Shown piece by piece: positions 15,736-27,020 of a DNA stretch of 61,271 nucleotides. Positions within the stretch are counted from its first letter, which is position 1; each line of letters starts with the position of its first letter. This stretch comes from Chloroflexota bacterium (GTDB lineage Bacteria > Chloroflexota > Limnocylindria > Limnocylindrales > CSP1-4). The stretch covers positions 1 through 61,271 of the forward strand of contig JBDTQW010000003.1 in NCBI GenBank assembly GCA_039931975.1. Reading direction: 5' to 3'. The notes under the pieces were generated by a model. It did no database searches. It saw nothing but the letters and a program-made list of their open reading frames with translations, and had not been told where the DNA came from. The position numbers were made by a program, and so were the translations under genes.

Positions 15736-17438
15736 GCTTCCCGTCCGACCTTGAGATCGCCCGCTCCGTCACGCCCCGCCGGATCGTCGATGTGGCAGCC
15801 GACCTGGGCCTGACCGAAGACGAGATCGAGCTGTACGGGCCGCTTAAGGCGAAGGTCAAGCTCTCGGCGATCGAGCGGGTCGAGGCGGCCAATCCGCGCG
15901 GCAAGTACATCCTGGTCAGCGCGATCACCCCGACGCCGCTCGGCGAGGGCAAGACGACCACGACAGTGGGTCTGGCCCAGGGTCTGAACCGGATCGGCAA
16001 ACGTGCGGCGGTGGCGATCCGCCAACCCTCGCTCGGGCCGGTTTTCGGGATCAAGGGTGGAGCTGCCGGCGGAGGCTACAGCCAGGTCATCCCGATGGAA
16101 GACTTCAACCTCCATCTGACCGGTGACGTTCATGCCATCGGCGCCGCGCACAACCTGGCCGCCGCATTCATCGACAACAGCCTTCACCACAAGAACCCGC
16201 TCGGGATCGACCCATTCTCCATCGCCTGGCCACGGGTCATCGACATCAGCGATCGGGCCGTCCGGAGGATGGTCATCGGGCTCGGCGGGCGGGAGAACGG
16301 AGTGCCGCGGGAGACCGAGACAGTGATCACCGTGGCCAGCGAGGTGATGGCCATCCTGGCCCTGGCCCGCGACCTGAAGGACCTGCGGCTCAGGCTCGGA
16401 CGGGTCGTGATGGGCCAGACGACCGACGGCAAGCCGATCACCACTGAGGATCTCAAGGTCGCCGGGGCGATGACCGCCCTGCTGGTCGACGCGATCAAGC
16501 CGAACCTCCTCCAGACGCTCGAGGGCGGCCCGGCGCTTGTCCACTGCGGACCGTTCGCCAACATCGCCCACGGCAACAACTCGATCCTGGCCGACCGGCT
16601 CGCCCTCGCAACAAACGACGCGGTGTGCACCGAGGCCGGCTTCGGTGCCGACATGGGCGCGGAGAAGTTCTTTGACATCAAGTGTCGGGCGTCCGGGCTG
16701 CGCCCCGACGCGGCGGTGGTGGTGGCCACGATCCGGGCCCTCAAGATGCACGGCGGTGTCGGTAAGATCGTCGCCGGCAAGCCGCTGGACAAGGCGCTCC
16801 TCGAGGAGAACGTCGACGCCGTTCGTCGAGGCGCCCAGAACCTGGCCAAGCAGATCGAGAACATCCGCGCCTTCAACGTACCAGTCGTCGTGGCGATCAA
16901 CGCGTTCCCGACCGACACCCCGGCCGAGGTCGCGGCCATCCAGCAGGTAGCGATCCCGGCCGGCGCGCTGGCGGCAGTCGTGACCACCCATTTCGTCGAT
17001 GGCGGACGCGGAGCCGAGGCCCTCGCCCATGCCGTCTGGGCCGCTGCCGAGGCGGGCGCCCCGGACTTCGGATTCCTCTACCCGGACGACGCTCCGCTGC
17101 GCGACAAGATCGAGACGATCGCGACCCGGATCTACGGAGCCGCGGGCGTCGAATACCAGCCAGCGGCGACGAAGGCGCTCAAGGTCTACGAAGAGCTCGG
17201 GTTCGGGAAGCTGCCGGTGTGCATGGCCAAGACCCAGTACTCGCTCAGCCACGACGCGGCGCTCAAGAACCGGCCCTCGGGCTTCATCCTGCCGGTCCGC
17301 GAATGCCGTCTGTCGGCTGGGGCCGGGTTCATCACCGCCCTGTGTGGGGAGATGCGCACGATGCCGGGTCTGCCGTCGAGGCCGGGCGGCGAGAACATCG
17401 ACATCGACGCCGCGGGCAACATCGTTGGCCTGTTCTAG
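15732..17438 (+). CDS. fhs: Formate--tetrahydrofolate ligase
   Basis: ITPTPLGEGKTTT, RQPSLGPVFGIKGGAAGGGY, HCGPFANIAHG, TEAGFGADMGAEKF, CMAKTQYS. Confidence 0.97.
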   Translation: MSFPSDLEIARSVTPRRIVDVAADLGLTEDEIELYGPLKAKVKLSAIERVEAANPRGKYILVSAITPTPLGEGKTTTTVGLAQGLNRIGKRAAVAIRQPSLGPVFGIKGGAAGGGYSQVIPMEDFNLHLTGDVHAIGAAHNLAAAFIDNSLHHKNPLGIDPFSIAWPRVIDISDRAVRRMVIGLGGRENGVPRETETVITVASEVMAILALARDLKDLRLRLGRVVMGQTTDGKPITTEDLKVAGAMTALLVDAIKPNLLQTLEGGPALVHCGPFANIAHGNNSILADRLALATNDAVCTEAGFGADMGAEKFFDIKCRASGLRPDAAVVVATIRALKMHGGVGKIVAGKPLDKALLEENVDAVRRGAQNLAKQIENIRAFNVPVVVAINAFPTDTPAEVAAIQQVAIPAGALAAVVTTHFVDGGRGAEALAHAVWAAAEAGAPDFGFLYPDDAPLRDKIETIATRIYGAAGVEYQPAATKALKVYEELGFGKLPVCMAKTQYSLSHDAALKNRPSGFILPVRECRLSAGAGFITALCGEMRTMPGLPSRPGGENIDIDAAGNIVGLF

Positions 17439-17444
17439 AGGCGC

Positions 17445-17663
17445 TCAGCGGACGGTGGCGACCAGGTTGGCCAGGATGAATGCCCACGCGACCGCGAAGC
17501 CGAGCGCCACCCCGAGGAGGCCGGCTCCCCAGGCGGCCCAGTCGACCGGCCCGAGCGCGGCATCCTCATGACCGTGGTCGTCGTGACCGTGGGTCGAGCC
17601 GTGGTCCCCGAGTCCGTGCGGCTCCCCGGCCATCGGCGGATCGCTCGCGTGCGGCTGGCTCAT
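17445..17663 (-). CDS. 72-aa membrane protein with His-rich N-terminus
   Basis: SD GAGGTGAGG; HGLGDHGSTHGHDDHGHED followed by one hydrophobic helix. Confidence 0.65.
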   Translation of the reverse strand: MSQPHASDPPMAGEPHGLGDHGSTHGHDDHGHEDAALGPVDWAAWGAGLLGVALGFAVAWAFILANLVATVR

Positions 17664-17712
17664 CTTGGGCTGCCTCACCTCCGAACGCATTCTGGCAGAT
17701 AGACTCCGACGG

Positions 17713-18387
17713 ATGCTGACCCTCGTCCTGACCCGCCACGGATTGACCACGCGGTCCCACCCGGAACAGCACCTCGGACAACGAATCGACGTCGGCCTGT
17801 CCGAGGCAGGCCGTGCCCAGGCCGAGGCGCTCGGGCGGCGACTGTCCGGCGTCGCCCTGGAGCGGATCGTGGCCAGCCCGCTCGTCCGCGCCCGGGAGAC
17901 GGCCGACATCGTCCGGACCGGGGTGCCGAACCATCCGGAGATCACGGTCGATTCTCGTGTCGTCGAGATGGACTACGGCGAATGGGAAGGTCTGACCTAC
18001 GAGCAGATCGAGGAGCGCGACAGCGCTCGCCGCCAACGCTGGGAGGACGACCCGGAGTCGTACGCCTGTCCCGGCGGTGAATCCGGCGACGATGTCGCCG
18101 ATCGGGCGAGGGGCTTCTTGATCGATCTCATCGACTGGCATGACGCGTCGCATGGAACGCCCCACGAACGACCGGTCCTGGCGGTGGCGCACAGCACGTT
18201 CAACCGGGTCCTCGTCTGCGTCGCGACGGGGATCCGCGTGCGCGAGTACCGCCGCCGCTTCAGCCAGGACCAGGCCAACCTGACCGTGCTCCGCTTCGAG
18301 CACGGCGCCGGCCCGGCCGACGCCCGCATCCTGCTGCTCAACGACACGGCCCACATCCGGGCGCCAGGGACCGTGCCCTGGGGATGA
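17713..18387 (+). CDS. Histidine phosphatase (phosphoglycerate mutase) family protein
   Basis: LVLTRHG, ASPLVRARETA, EMDYGEWEG, PGGES, VAHS motifs. Confidence 0.9.
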   Translation: MLTLVLTRHGLTTRSHPEQHLGQRIDVGLSEAGRAQAEALGRRLSGVALERIVASPLVRARETADIVRTGVPNHPEITVDSRVVEMDYGEWEGLTYEQIEERDSARRQRWEDDPESYACPGGESGDDVADRARGFLIDLIDWHDASHGTPHERPVLAVAHSTFNRVLVCVATGIRVREYRRRFSQDQANLTVLRFEHGAGPADARILLLNDTAHIRAPGTVPWG

Positions 18388-19643
18388 CCGCCCCGGAGTC
18401 CGGTCTCGTCGCCAGCTTGCGTGGGCTCGACCGGGACGGGCGACTCCTGTTCACGACCCGCATCCTGCGGATGTTCGGATACGGGTTCCTGGCCGTCGTG
18501 CTCGTCCTCTACCTCGACGCGATCGGCCTCGACGCGATCACGATCGGTGTCGTCCTGACCCTGACCCTGATCGGTGACACGCTGATCTCCCTGTGGCTGA
18601 CCACCAACGCCGACCGGCTCGGCCGCCGACGCGTGCTTGTGGCCGGCTCCGTCCTGGTGGTGGCCGCCGGGCTGGTCTTCGCCCTGACCGACTGGCTGCC
18701 GTTGCTGGTCCTGGCCGCCACGATCGGCGTCATCAGCCCGACCGGCAACGAGGTCGGGCCGTTTCTCGCGGTCGAGCAGGCGGCGCTCAGCCAATCGGTC
18801 GGCGATGCGCGCCGGACCGCCACCTTCGCCTGGTACAACCTGGCCGGTTACGTCGCAACCGCCACTGGGGCGCTGGCTGCCGGAGTCATCAGCCAGCTGC
18901 TGCTGTCGGCGGGCTTCGCCCCCGCCGATGCCTATCGGGTCATCGTCATCGGCTACGGGCTGGTCGGCCTGGTGATGGCCGTCATCTTCGAGCGGCTCGG
19001 CCCGGACATCGAGGCGCCACCAAGGGTGGCCCCGGCGAACGGCGTGCGGCGACGCCTGGGGCTGGGGCGCTCGAGGGGCATCGTCCTGCGCCTCTCCGCG
19101 TTGTTCTCGATCGACTCGTTCGCCGGTGGGTTCGTGCCCCAGAGCCTGATGGCCTACTGGTTCCATCTGCAGTATGGCGTGGAGCCGGCGGTGCTCGGCG
19201 GGATCTTCTTCGGGGCCAACCTGCTGGCGGCCGTGTCGAGCCTCTCGGCCGCAAGAATCTCGGCCCGGATCGGCCTCGTCAACACGATGGTCTTCACCCA
19301 CCTGCCCTCGAACGTCCTGCTGATCCTGGTCCCGCTGATGCCCAACCTGGAGCTGGCGATCGCCGTCCTGCTGCTCCGCTTCAGCCTCAGCCAGATGGAC
19401 GTTCCCACCCGCCAGTCGTACGTTATGGCGGTGGTCGACCCGGACGAGCGCTCGGCGGCGGCCGGGGTCACGGGGATCGCCCGGACGACCGGCGCGGCGC
19501 TGTCGCCGGCCCTGTCGGCGCCGCTGGTCGCGAATGCTGGCCTGGCCGCCGTCCCGTTCCTCGTGGCGGGCGGCCTGAAGATCGTCTACGACCTGTTGCT
19601 CTATCGGGCGTTCCGGGCGGTCGAGCCACCCGAGGAGACCTAG
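18384..19643 (+). CDS. MFS transporter
   Basis: 12-TM pattern, ADRLGRRRVL motif A. Confidence 0.9.
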   Translation: MTAPESGLVASLRGLDRDGRLLFTTRILRMFGYGFLAVVLVLYLDAIGLDAITIGVVLTLTLIGDTLISLWLTTNADRLGRRRVLVAGSVLVVAAGLVFALTDWLPLLVLAATIGVISPTGNEVGPFLAVEQAALSQSVGDARRTATFAWYNLAGYVATATGALAAGVISQLLLSAGFAPADAYRVIVIGYGLVGLVMAVIFERLGPDIEAPPRVAPANGVRRRLGLGRSRGIVLRLSALFSIDSFAGGFVPQSLMAYWFHLQYGVEPAVLGGIFFGANLLAAVSSLSAARISARIGLVNTMVFTHLPSNVLLILVPLMPNLELAIAVLLLRFSLSQMDVPTRQSYVMAVVDPDERSAAAGVTGIARTTGAALSPALSAPLVANAGLAAVPFLVAGGLKIVYDLLLYRAFRAVEPPEET

Positions 19644-20311
19644 CTCGTCGGCGGCCCGGCGGTTCGGCGCCAGCCTGGGCGGCCGACGTGGAACCACACG
19701 AACAGGACAACCGCCGCAACGATCGCCAGCGCGACGAGCAGGTCGAACGGCTGGAGTGCGTGACGGATCTGGGTCCAGTTGGCGCCCAGGACCGTCCCGG
19801 CGTAGACGAGCAGCATCGACCACAGCAGGGCCCCGGCGGTCGAGTACACGATGAACTTGCCGAGCGGCATCCGGGCCACCCCCGCCGGGAAGCTGATGAA
19901 CGTCCGGACGATCGGCAACAACCGGCTGAAGAAGGCGGTCTGCGAACCCCACCGGGCGAAGAACCGATCGGCCAGCTCGATGTCATGCGGGCGGATCAGC
20001 AGGTACTTGCCATAACGCTCGAGGATGGGCCGGCCACCGATCGCCCCGATGGCGTACGCGATGAGCGAGCCCGCGGTGTTCCCTGCCGTGGCCACGATGA
20101 CCACGATCCAGTAGTTCCAGGTCGAGCCGGTCAGTGGCTCGAGCCTGGTCAGGTCCGAGACCAGGAAACCGGCGAACGGGAGGATGAGCTCCGACGGCAA
20201 GGGGATCATCGCCGACTCGATCGTCATCGCCACGAAGACCCCCAGGTAGCCCAGCGTTCCGTAGAGCTGTTGGAGGAACGGGATGACGATCTTGTCGATG
20301 AATTCGAGCAC
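19640..20311 (-). CDS. DedA family membrane protein
   Basis: IESAMIPLPSELILPFAGFL, FFSRLLPIVRTFISFPAG. Confidence 0.93.
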   Translation of the reverse strand: MLEFIDKIVIPFLQQLYGTLGYLGVFVAMTIESAMIPLPSELILPFAGFLVSDLTRLEPLTGSTWNYWIVVIVATAGNTAGSLIAYAIGAIGGRPILERYGKYLLIRPHDIELADRFFARWGSQTAFFSRLLPIVRTFISFPAGVARMPLGKFIVYSTAGALLWSMLLVYAGTVLGANWTQIRHALQPFDLLVALAIVAAVVLFVWFHVGRPGWRRTAGPPTS

Positions 20312-20369
20312 GTCGGACTCCGGCGCGGACGGGGGACGGCGGGCAGCATAGCCGACTATCCTCGACGTC

Positions 20370-21947
20370 GTGAGCGGTACCGTGATCCTGACCGGGGCCG
20401 CCCTGACCATCGCCGACGTTGAGGCCGTGGCCCGCCACGGGGCCCGCGCCGAGCTCGATCCGGATGCCCGGGCCCGGATCCTGGAGGCCCGCGAGGTCGT
20501 CGAGCGGCTGGTCGCCGACGGTGCCGTCGCCTACGGCGTGACGACCGGATTCGGCGATCTGGCCAGCGTCTCGATCCGGTCCGAAGACACCGGACGTCTC
20601 CAGGAGAACCTCCTGATGAGCCACGCAGCCGGCGTCGGACCGGCCTTCCCGGCGGAGGTCGTCCGGGCGATGCTCCTGCTGCGGGCCAACACCCTCGCCT
20701 TGGGGCACAGCGGTTGTCGCCCGCTGGTGGTCGAGCAGCTGCTGGCCTTCCTCGCCTCGGGCATCCATCCGATCGTCCCCGAGCAGGGCTCGCTCGGCGC
20801 GTCGGGCGACCTGGCCCCATTGGCCCATCTCGCGCTGCCGCTCATCGGGCGCGGCGAGGTCGAGCTCGACGGGCGACGGATGTCCGCGCGGGCCGCGTTG
20901 GAGCAGGTCGGCCTGGAGCCGATCCGACTCGAGGCGAAGGAAGGGCTGGCGCTGCTCAACGGGACCCAGATGATGGGCGCGGTCGGGGCGCTGGCCCTGG
21001 CCGACGCGGACCGCCTGACCCAGACCGCGAGCGTCGCGGCCGCGATGAGCGTCGAGGCGCTGCTCGGCACCGACGTCGCCTTTGCGGCGGCGTATCAACT
21101 GGCCCGGCCGCATCCTGGCCAGATCGAGGTCGCCGCGGAGCTGCGCCACCTGCTCCGGGGATCGTCGCTCCAGGCCAGCCATCACGGCCACGCCCACAAG
21201 GTCCAGGACGCCTACTCCCTGCGCTGCGTGCCCCAGGTGCACGGCGCCGTCCGCGACGCGCTGGATCACCTGCGGCGGGTGCTCGACATCGAGCTCAACA
21301 GCGCGACCGACAACCCGTTGATCTTTCCCGCTGGTGGTGGGGTCCCCGAGGGCACCGTCGCGACCGGCGGCGGCACAGTCATCAGCGGCGGCAACTTCCA
21401 CGGCGAGCCGATCGCGCTGGCTCTCGACTTCGCCAAGATCGCGGTCGCCGAGCTCGGTTCGATCTCCGAGCGACGCACGGCGCTGCTGGTCGATCCCCGC
21501 CTGAACGGGGGTCTGCCCGCCTTCCTGGCGGCCTCGTCGGGGATCGACTCCGGGATGATGATCTACCAGTACACGGCGGCCGCCCTGGTCTCCGAGAACA
21601 AGGTCTTGGCCCATCCCGCTTCGGTCGACTCGATCCCGACAAGCGCCAACCAGGAGGACCACGTGTCGATGGGCGCGATCTCGGCCCGTCATGCCCGAGC
21701 GGTCGTCGACAACGTCGAACGGGTTCTGGCGATCGAGCTGCTGGTCGCCGCCCAGGCACTCGACGCCCGACTGGCGCTTCTGCCCGGAACGGCACCTGGG
21801 GCCGGGGTGGCCGAGGCCCATCGCCGGGTCCGCGCCGTCGTGGCGCCCCTGGTCGGCGATCGTGAGCCGGGGCCGGACATCGCCGCGGCTCTTGCCCTCG
21901 TCCACGATGGCGCCCTCGCTCCGCTGGCCGATCCGGCAGTCGCCTGA
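20370..21947 (+). CDS. hutH: Histidine ammonia-lyase
   Basis: YGVTTGFG, GSLGASGDLAPLAHL (ASG/MIO), KVQDAYSLRC, SANQEDHVSMG. Confidence 0.96.
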   Translation: MSGTVILTGAALTIADVEAVARHGARAELDPDARARILEAREVVERLVADGAVAYGVTTGFGDLASVSIRSEDTGRLQENLLMSHAAGVGPAFPAEVVRAMLLLRANTLALGHSGCRPLVVEQLLAFLASGIHPIVPEQGSLGASGDLAPLAHLALPLIGRGEVELDGRRMSARAALEQVGLEPIRLEAKEGLALLNGTQMMGAVGALALADADRLTQTASVAAAMSVEALLGTDVAFAAAYQLARPHPGQIEVAAELRHLLRGSSLQASHHGHAHKVQDAYSLRCVPQVHGAVRDALDHLRRVLDIELNSATDNPLIFPAGGGVPEGTVATGGGTVISGGNFHGEPIALALDFAKIAVAELGSISERRTALLVDPRLNGGLPAFLAASSGIDSGMMIYQYTAAALVSENKVLAHPASVDSIPTSANQEDHVSMGAISARHARAVVDNVERVLAIELLVAAQALDARLALLPGTAPGAGVAEAHRRVRAVVAPLVGDREPGPDIAAALALVHDGALAPLADPAVA

Positions 21948-22050
21948 TCCCGGGCCGATCCCTCAATTCCACGGGGTCTCCGACGCGCGTCTGACGGCCG
22001 GCGGCGCTCTCACGGCATGCGACGGGCTGCCCGCGGCGTAGACTCCCGCG

Positions 22051-22821
22051 ATGGCCGAGCTGCGGATCGTCGACGTCACCGATGAGGCGACCTTCCGGCT
22101 CGTCCCGCCGTGCGCCGATCCGGGCTTCGACCACCGGTCGTGCGACTACTGGGAGGATGCCGAGCGCGGCTCGAAGGCCGCCCGCCTGAGCTGGCTCGAG
22201 CCGGGCCCCGGCCCCTCGACGACCGGCTCGACCGGCACCCGCAACCCGTTCGGGCAGCCCGATGACGAGCCGGTCGCCAATCCGTTCGCGCCAGGACGAA
22301 GCGCTGCGCCCGCGCCGAATCCATTCGCAGTCGGTGCCGATCGCATCACGGACAACCCGTTCGCCCCGCCGCCGCCCAGCCGGCCGACATTTGGCCCAGA
22401 CCAACCCCGAAAGCTGAGCCTGTTCGGCCGCGGGCTCGGTGTCTTCGGCAGTTACGCCAAGGTGCTCCTGATCGACGAAGTCGCAGCGGTCTATGCCCAG
22501 TTCGGACCACTGTCGGCCTACCCGAGGGCGCTCCGCCTGCGCGAGCTCTATCCGCAGCTGCCCGACGCGCCGCTGCCGGCGGTCATCACCTGCATCGCAA
22601 CAACTCGGTCGGCCCGGGGCAGCGGTCATGCCCGGCGGCTGGTTGAAGCGGTCTGCGACGATCTCGCCGAGCGCGGCTTCGCGGCGGTCGAGGCGTACCC
22701 TGAGGCAGGTGCCCCGCCGGATGCCACGAGCGGAGCCACGCCGGGGTTCTGGCAGACCGCGGGGTTCCTCCTGGCCGTGCCGGATGAGCGCTTCCCGGTC
22801 GTCCGTCGAGAGCTCGGCTAG
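22051..22821 (+). CDS. GNAT-like protein with an NPF-repeat insertion
   Basis: N-terminal C...CDYWE; C-terminal VITC, RGSGHARRLVEAV and AVEAYP...GF, resembling GNAT acetyl-CoA-binding motifs. Confidence 0.7.
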   Translation: MAELRIVDVTDEATFRLVPPCADPGFDHRSCDYWEDAERGSKAARLSWLEPGPGPSTTGSTGTRNPFGQPDDEPVANPFAPGRSAAPAPNPFAVGADRITDNPFAPPPPSRPTFGPDQPRKLSLFGRGLGVFGSYAKVLLIDEVAAVYAQFGPLSAYPRALRLRELYPQLPDAPLPAVITCIATTRSARGSGHARRLVEAVCDDLAERGFAAVEAYPEAGAPPDATSGATPGFWQTAGFLLAVPDERFPVVRRELG

Positions 22822-22842
22822 GCCGCGAAAAGGGAGTCGTCG

Positions 22843-23265
22843 ATGTCGATGATCCAGGCCCTCGGAAGCGTCACCAAGGTCCGCGGCGCGCTCATCTTCG
22901 TCGAGGACATCGACGAGGAGAGCGTCTTCTACCGGGACGTCATCGGCCTTCGGCTGCTGTATCGGACGCCCAAGTTCGTCCGCTTTGACGCCACCCAGGG
23001 GACCAGCCTTGCTTTGATCGCGGGGGGCACGGCCAGCGCCGAGCCCAAGGACTACCGCATGGGCGGCGTCGTCCCAGAGGTGATCGTCGACAACCTCGAT
23101 CTCGCCCTCCGTCGACTCGATGGGGCCGGCGTCCGCCACGAGGAGGTCACCGCCACGGCCTGGGGGCGGTTCTGCTTCTTCTGGGATCCGGAGGGCAACC
23201 CGCTCCAGTTCTACGAATCGGCATTCGTCCGGCCGGACGCCGATCCGGACCGGATCCCCGGGTAG
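22843..23265 (+). CDS. VOC (glyoxalase/bleomycin resistance) family protein
   Basis: FYRDVIGL...WGRFCFFWDPEGNPLQF. Confidence 0.9.
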   Translation: MSMIQALGSVTKVRGALIFVEDIDEESVFYRDVIGLRLLYRTPKFVRFDATQGTSLALIAGGTASAEPKDYRMGGVVPEVIVDNLDLALRRLDGAGVRHEEVTATAWGRFCFFWDPEGNPLQFYESAFVRPDADPDRIPG

Positions 23266-23915
23266 TGCGGCGGGCATCGGACCGCAGGCGCCGCCCGGCG
23301 ATCGCCGGGTTGCTGGCGGTCATCGCCCTTGGTGGCGCGTTTGTCGCCTGTAACGGATCCTCCGGCTCCCCGAGCCCGGCCGGCGCCAGCCCGGCCGGCC
23401 CGGACACGCCGGTCGCCGAGGAGTCGCTCGCCCCGGCCGAGTCCGACCCGGCGGAGAGCCTCGCGGCCGGGCTGATCCCGGTCGACCCGACCCTGCTGGA
23501 TCTGCTTCCGGCCACCGTCAATGGCGTCGCGCTCGACCCGGAGCCGGATCCGGAGGGCGCAAACGACCCCGCCCTCGTCGATTCGGTCGATCGGCTGGCC
23601 CAGGGGATCCTGGTCGATCCGGCATCGAGCGATTTCGTCGTCGTCTCGGTCATCGCCCTGCGTCCCGGCGTCTTCGACCAGGCGTATTTTCGGTCGTGGC
23701 GCGACAGCTTCGACGAAGGCGCCTGCTCACAGTCCGACGGGCTGGCCGGCCATGCCCAGGCCGTGATCGCCGGCAGGACTGTCTTCATCGGCCGCTGCAC
23801 CGGTGGGGTCACCACATATCACACCTGGGTCGCCTCGCACAACGCGATCGTGTCGATCTCGGAGCTGCTCGACACCCGGCTTGGCGAGCAGGTCATGGCC
23901 GGTCTCCGGCCCTAG
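23265..23915 (+). CDS. Hypothetical lipoprotein
   Basis: Signal peptide ending GAFVAC, then a Ser/Pro linker. Confidence 0.7.
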   Translation: MRRASDRRRRPAIAGLLAVIALGGAFVACNGSSGSPSPAGASPAGPDTPVAEESLAPAESDPAESLAAGLIPVDPTLLDLLPATVNGVALDPEPDPEGANDPALVDSVDRLAQGILVDPASSDFVVVSVIALRPGVFDQAYFRSWRDSFDEGACSQSDGLAGHAQAVIAGRTVFIGRCTGGVTTYHTWVASHNAIVSISELLDTRLGEQVMAGLRP

Positions 23916-25267
23916 CCCGGATCGTCGCTCCGGTCGTCCGCCAGCCCGCGCAGGCGAAAGGCATTGGCGTGGGCGGGGAAGCCTTCGTGATCGGCCAGCG
24001 CAACGGTCGGCCGGGCCAGCCGGGCCAGGGCGTCCGGGCTGAGACGCGCGGTCGAGGTCGAGGTGAGGAACGTCCGGGCCGTGACCCCCCCATTGAGCCG
24101 GGCATAGCCACCGGTCGGCAGCGTCGCCGGGATGCCGACGGTGTAGCTCGAGGCACCGATCGGGGTGTCCTGGCCGAGCAGCGCCTCGCCGGCGTAGCGC
24201 AGACCGGTCAGGGTCGCCTCCGGGTCGCGGGTGGCGATCTGGACGTGCTCGGCGGCATATTTGTTGGCGAAAGCGACCGCCGCGTCCATCGAGTCGACGA
24301 GGATCACCCCGCCGAGGTCCGACAGTGCGATCCGGGCGGCCGCTGCGCGGACCTCCGGCAGCCCGACGATCTGCTGGGCGACCGCATCCTCGACCGCCGC
24401 CGCCAACGCGACCGAGTCGGTCACCAGCGTGGCGGCGGAGTCAGAGCCGTGCTCGGCCTCGTTGAGCAGGTCGATCGCCAATCGCCAGGGGTCGGCCGAG
24501 TCATCGGCGATGAGCAGGCTTTCGGAGGGGCCGCACAGCATCTGCGTGGCCGCGCCGTAGCGCTGGGCGAGGACCTGGGCAGCGGTCACGGCCGGCGAGC
24601 CGGGTCCGACGATCTTGAGGACGCGCGGCAACGTCGCCGTGCCGAAGGTCAGGGCGGCGATGGCCGCCGGACCGTTGGCCCGGAAGACCCGATCGATGCC
24701 GAGCTCGCGGGCCACGGCGAGGGTGGCCGGGTCCACGGCGCCTTCCGTCGATCCGGGCACGGGTGGCACCACGACCGCGATGTCGGTCACCCCGGCCACG
24801 ACCGCCGGCGTCCCGATCTGGCACAGGACCGACGGGTATGAGGCCTTTCCGGTCGGCACGAACAGGCCCACGCTCGGGATGGCCGCGAATCGCTCGCCGA
24901 CCAGGAAGCCGGGCCGGACGTCGCGCTGCCAGTCCTTCGCCGTGGCCGAAAGCTGGGCCTCGTTGAATCGCCGGCTGTTGGCGATCGCCTCGCGGATCCC
25001 CGCGAGGAGGGGCGCCGGGGTCGCGGCGTGAGCGGCGTCGATCTCGACCGCCGACACCGCCAGGCGTTCTGGCGTCAGGGCGACGCCGTCGAACCGTGCC
25101 GTCGCCTCGAGGACCGCCGCGTCGCCGCGCTCCCGGACGTCGGCGAAGATCGCCTCGATCGATGCCATCAGGACCGGATCGAAGATGGCGGCCGTCGATC
25201 GGGCGAGGAGCCGCGCGCGCTCTGATTCGGGGAGCTCCGCCCAGCGGCGGACCGCGATGATCGGCAT
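23912..25267 (-). CDS. Histidinol dehydrogenase family protein with a divergent active site
   Basis: [40 protein letters not shown] and EGFPAH motifs; see findings for the substitutions. Confidence 0.9.
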   Translation of the reverse strand: MPIIAVRRWAELPESERARLLARSTAAIFDPVLMASIEAIFADVRERGDAAVLEATARFDGVALTPERLAVSAVEIDAAHAATPAPLLAGIREAIANSRRFNEAQLSATAKDWQRDVRPGFLVGERFAAIPSVGLFVPTGKASYPSVLCQIGTPAVVAGVTDIAVVVPPVPGSTEGAVDPATLAVARELGIDRVFRANGPAAIAALTFGTATLPRVLKIVGPGSPAVTAAQVLAQRYGAATQMLCGPSESLLIADDSADPWRLAIDLLNEAEHGSDSAATLVTDSVALAAAVEDAVAQQIVGLPEVRAAAARIALSDLGGVILVDSMDAAVAFANKYAAEHVQIATRDPEATLTGLRYAGEALLGQDTPIGASSYTVGIPATLPTGGYARLNGGVTARTFLTSTSTARLSPDALARLARPTVALADHEGFPAHANAFRLRGLADDRSDDPG

Positions 25268-25318
25268 GGCCCGCCGAGCGTACCCGACGCGGTCCGCCCG
25301 CGGCGTAGACTCGCGGCC

Positions 25319-27007
<1,689 letters not shown>

Positions 27008-27020
27008 TCCTCGGGCTGCC

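Noticed and set aside
13253-21905. Long minus-strand ORFs (13253-14893, 15312-17252, 17997-19952, 19983-21905) and similar ones elsewhere
   Set aside because: Antisense frames of high-GC genes (fchA, folD, fhs, MFS, hutH); no family motifs and low-complexity Arg/Gly/Pro composition.
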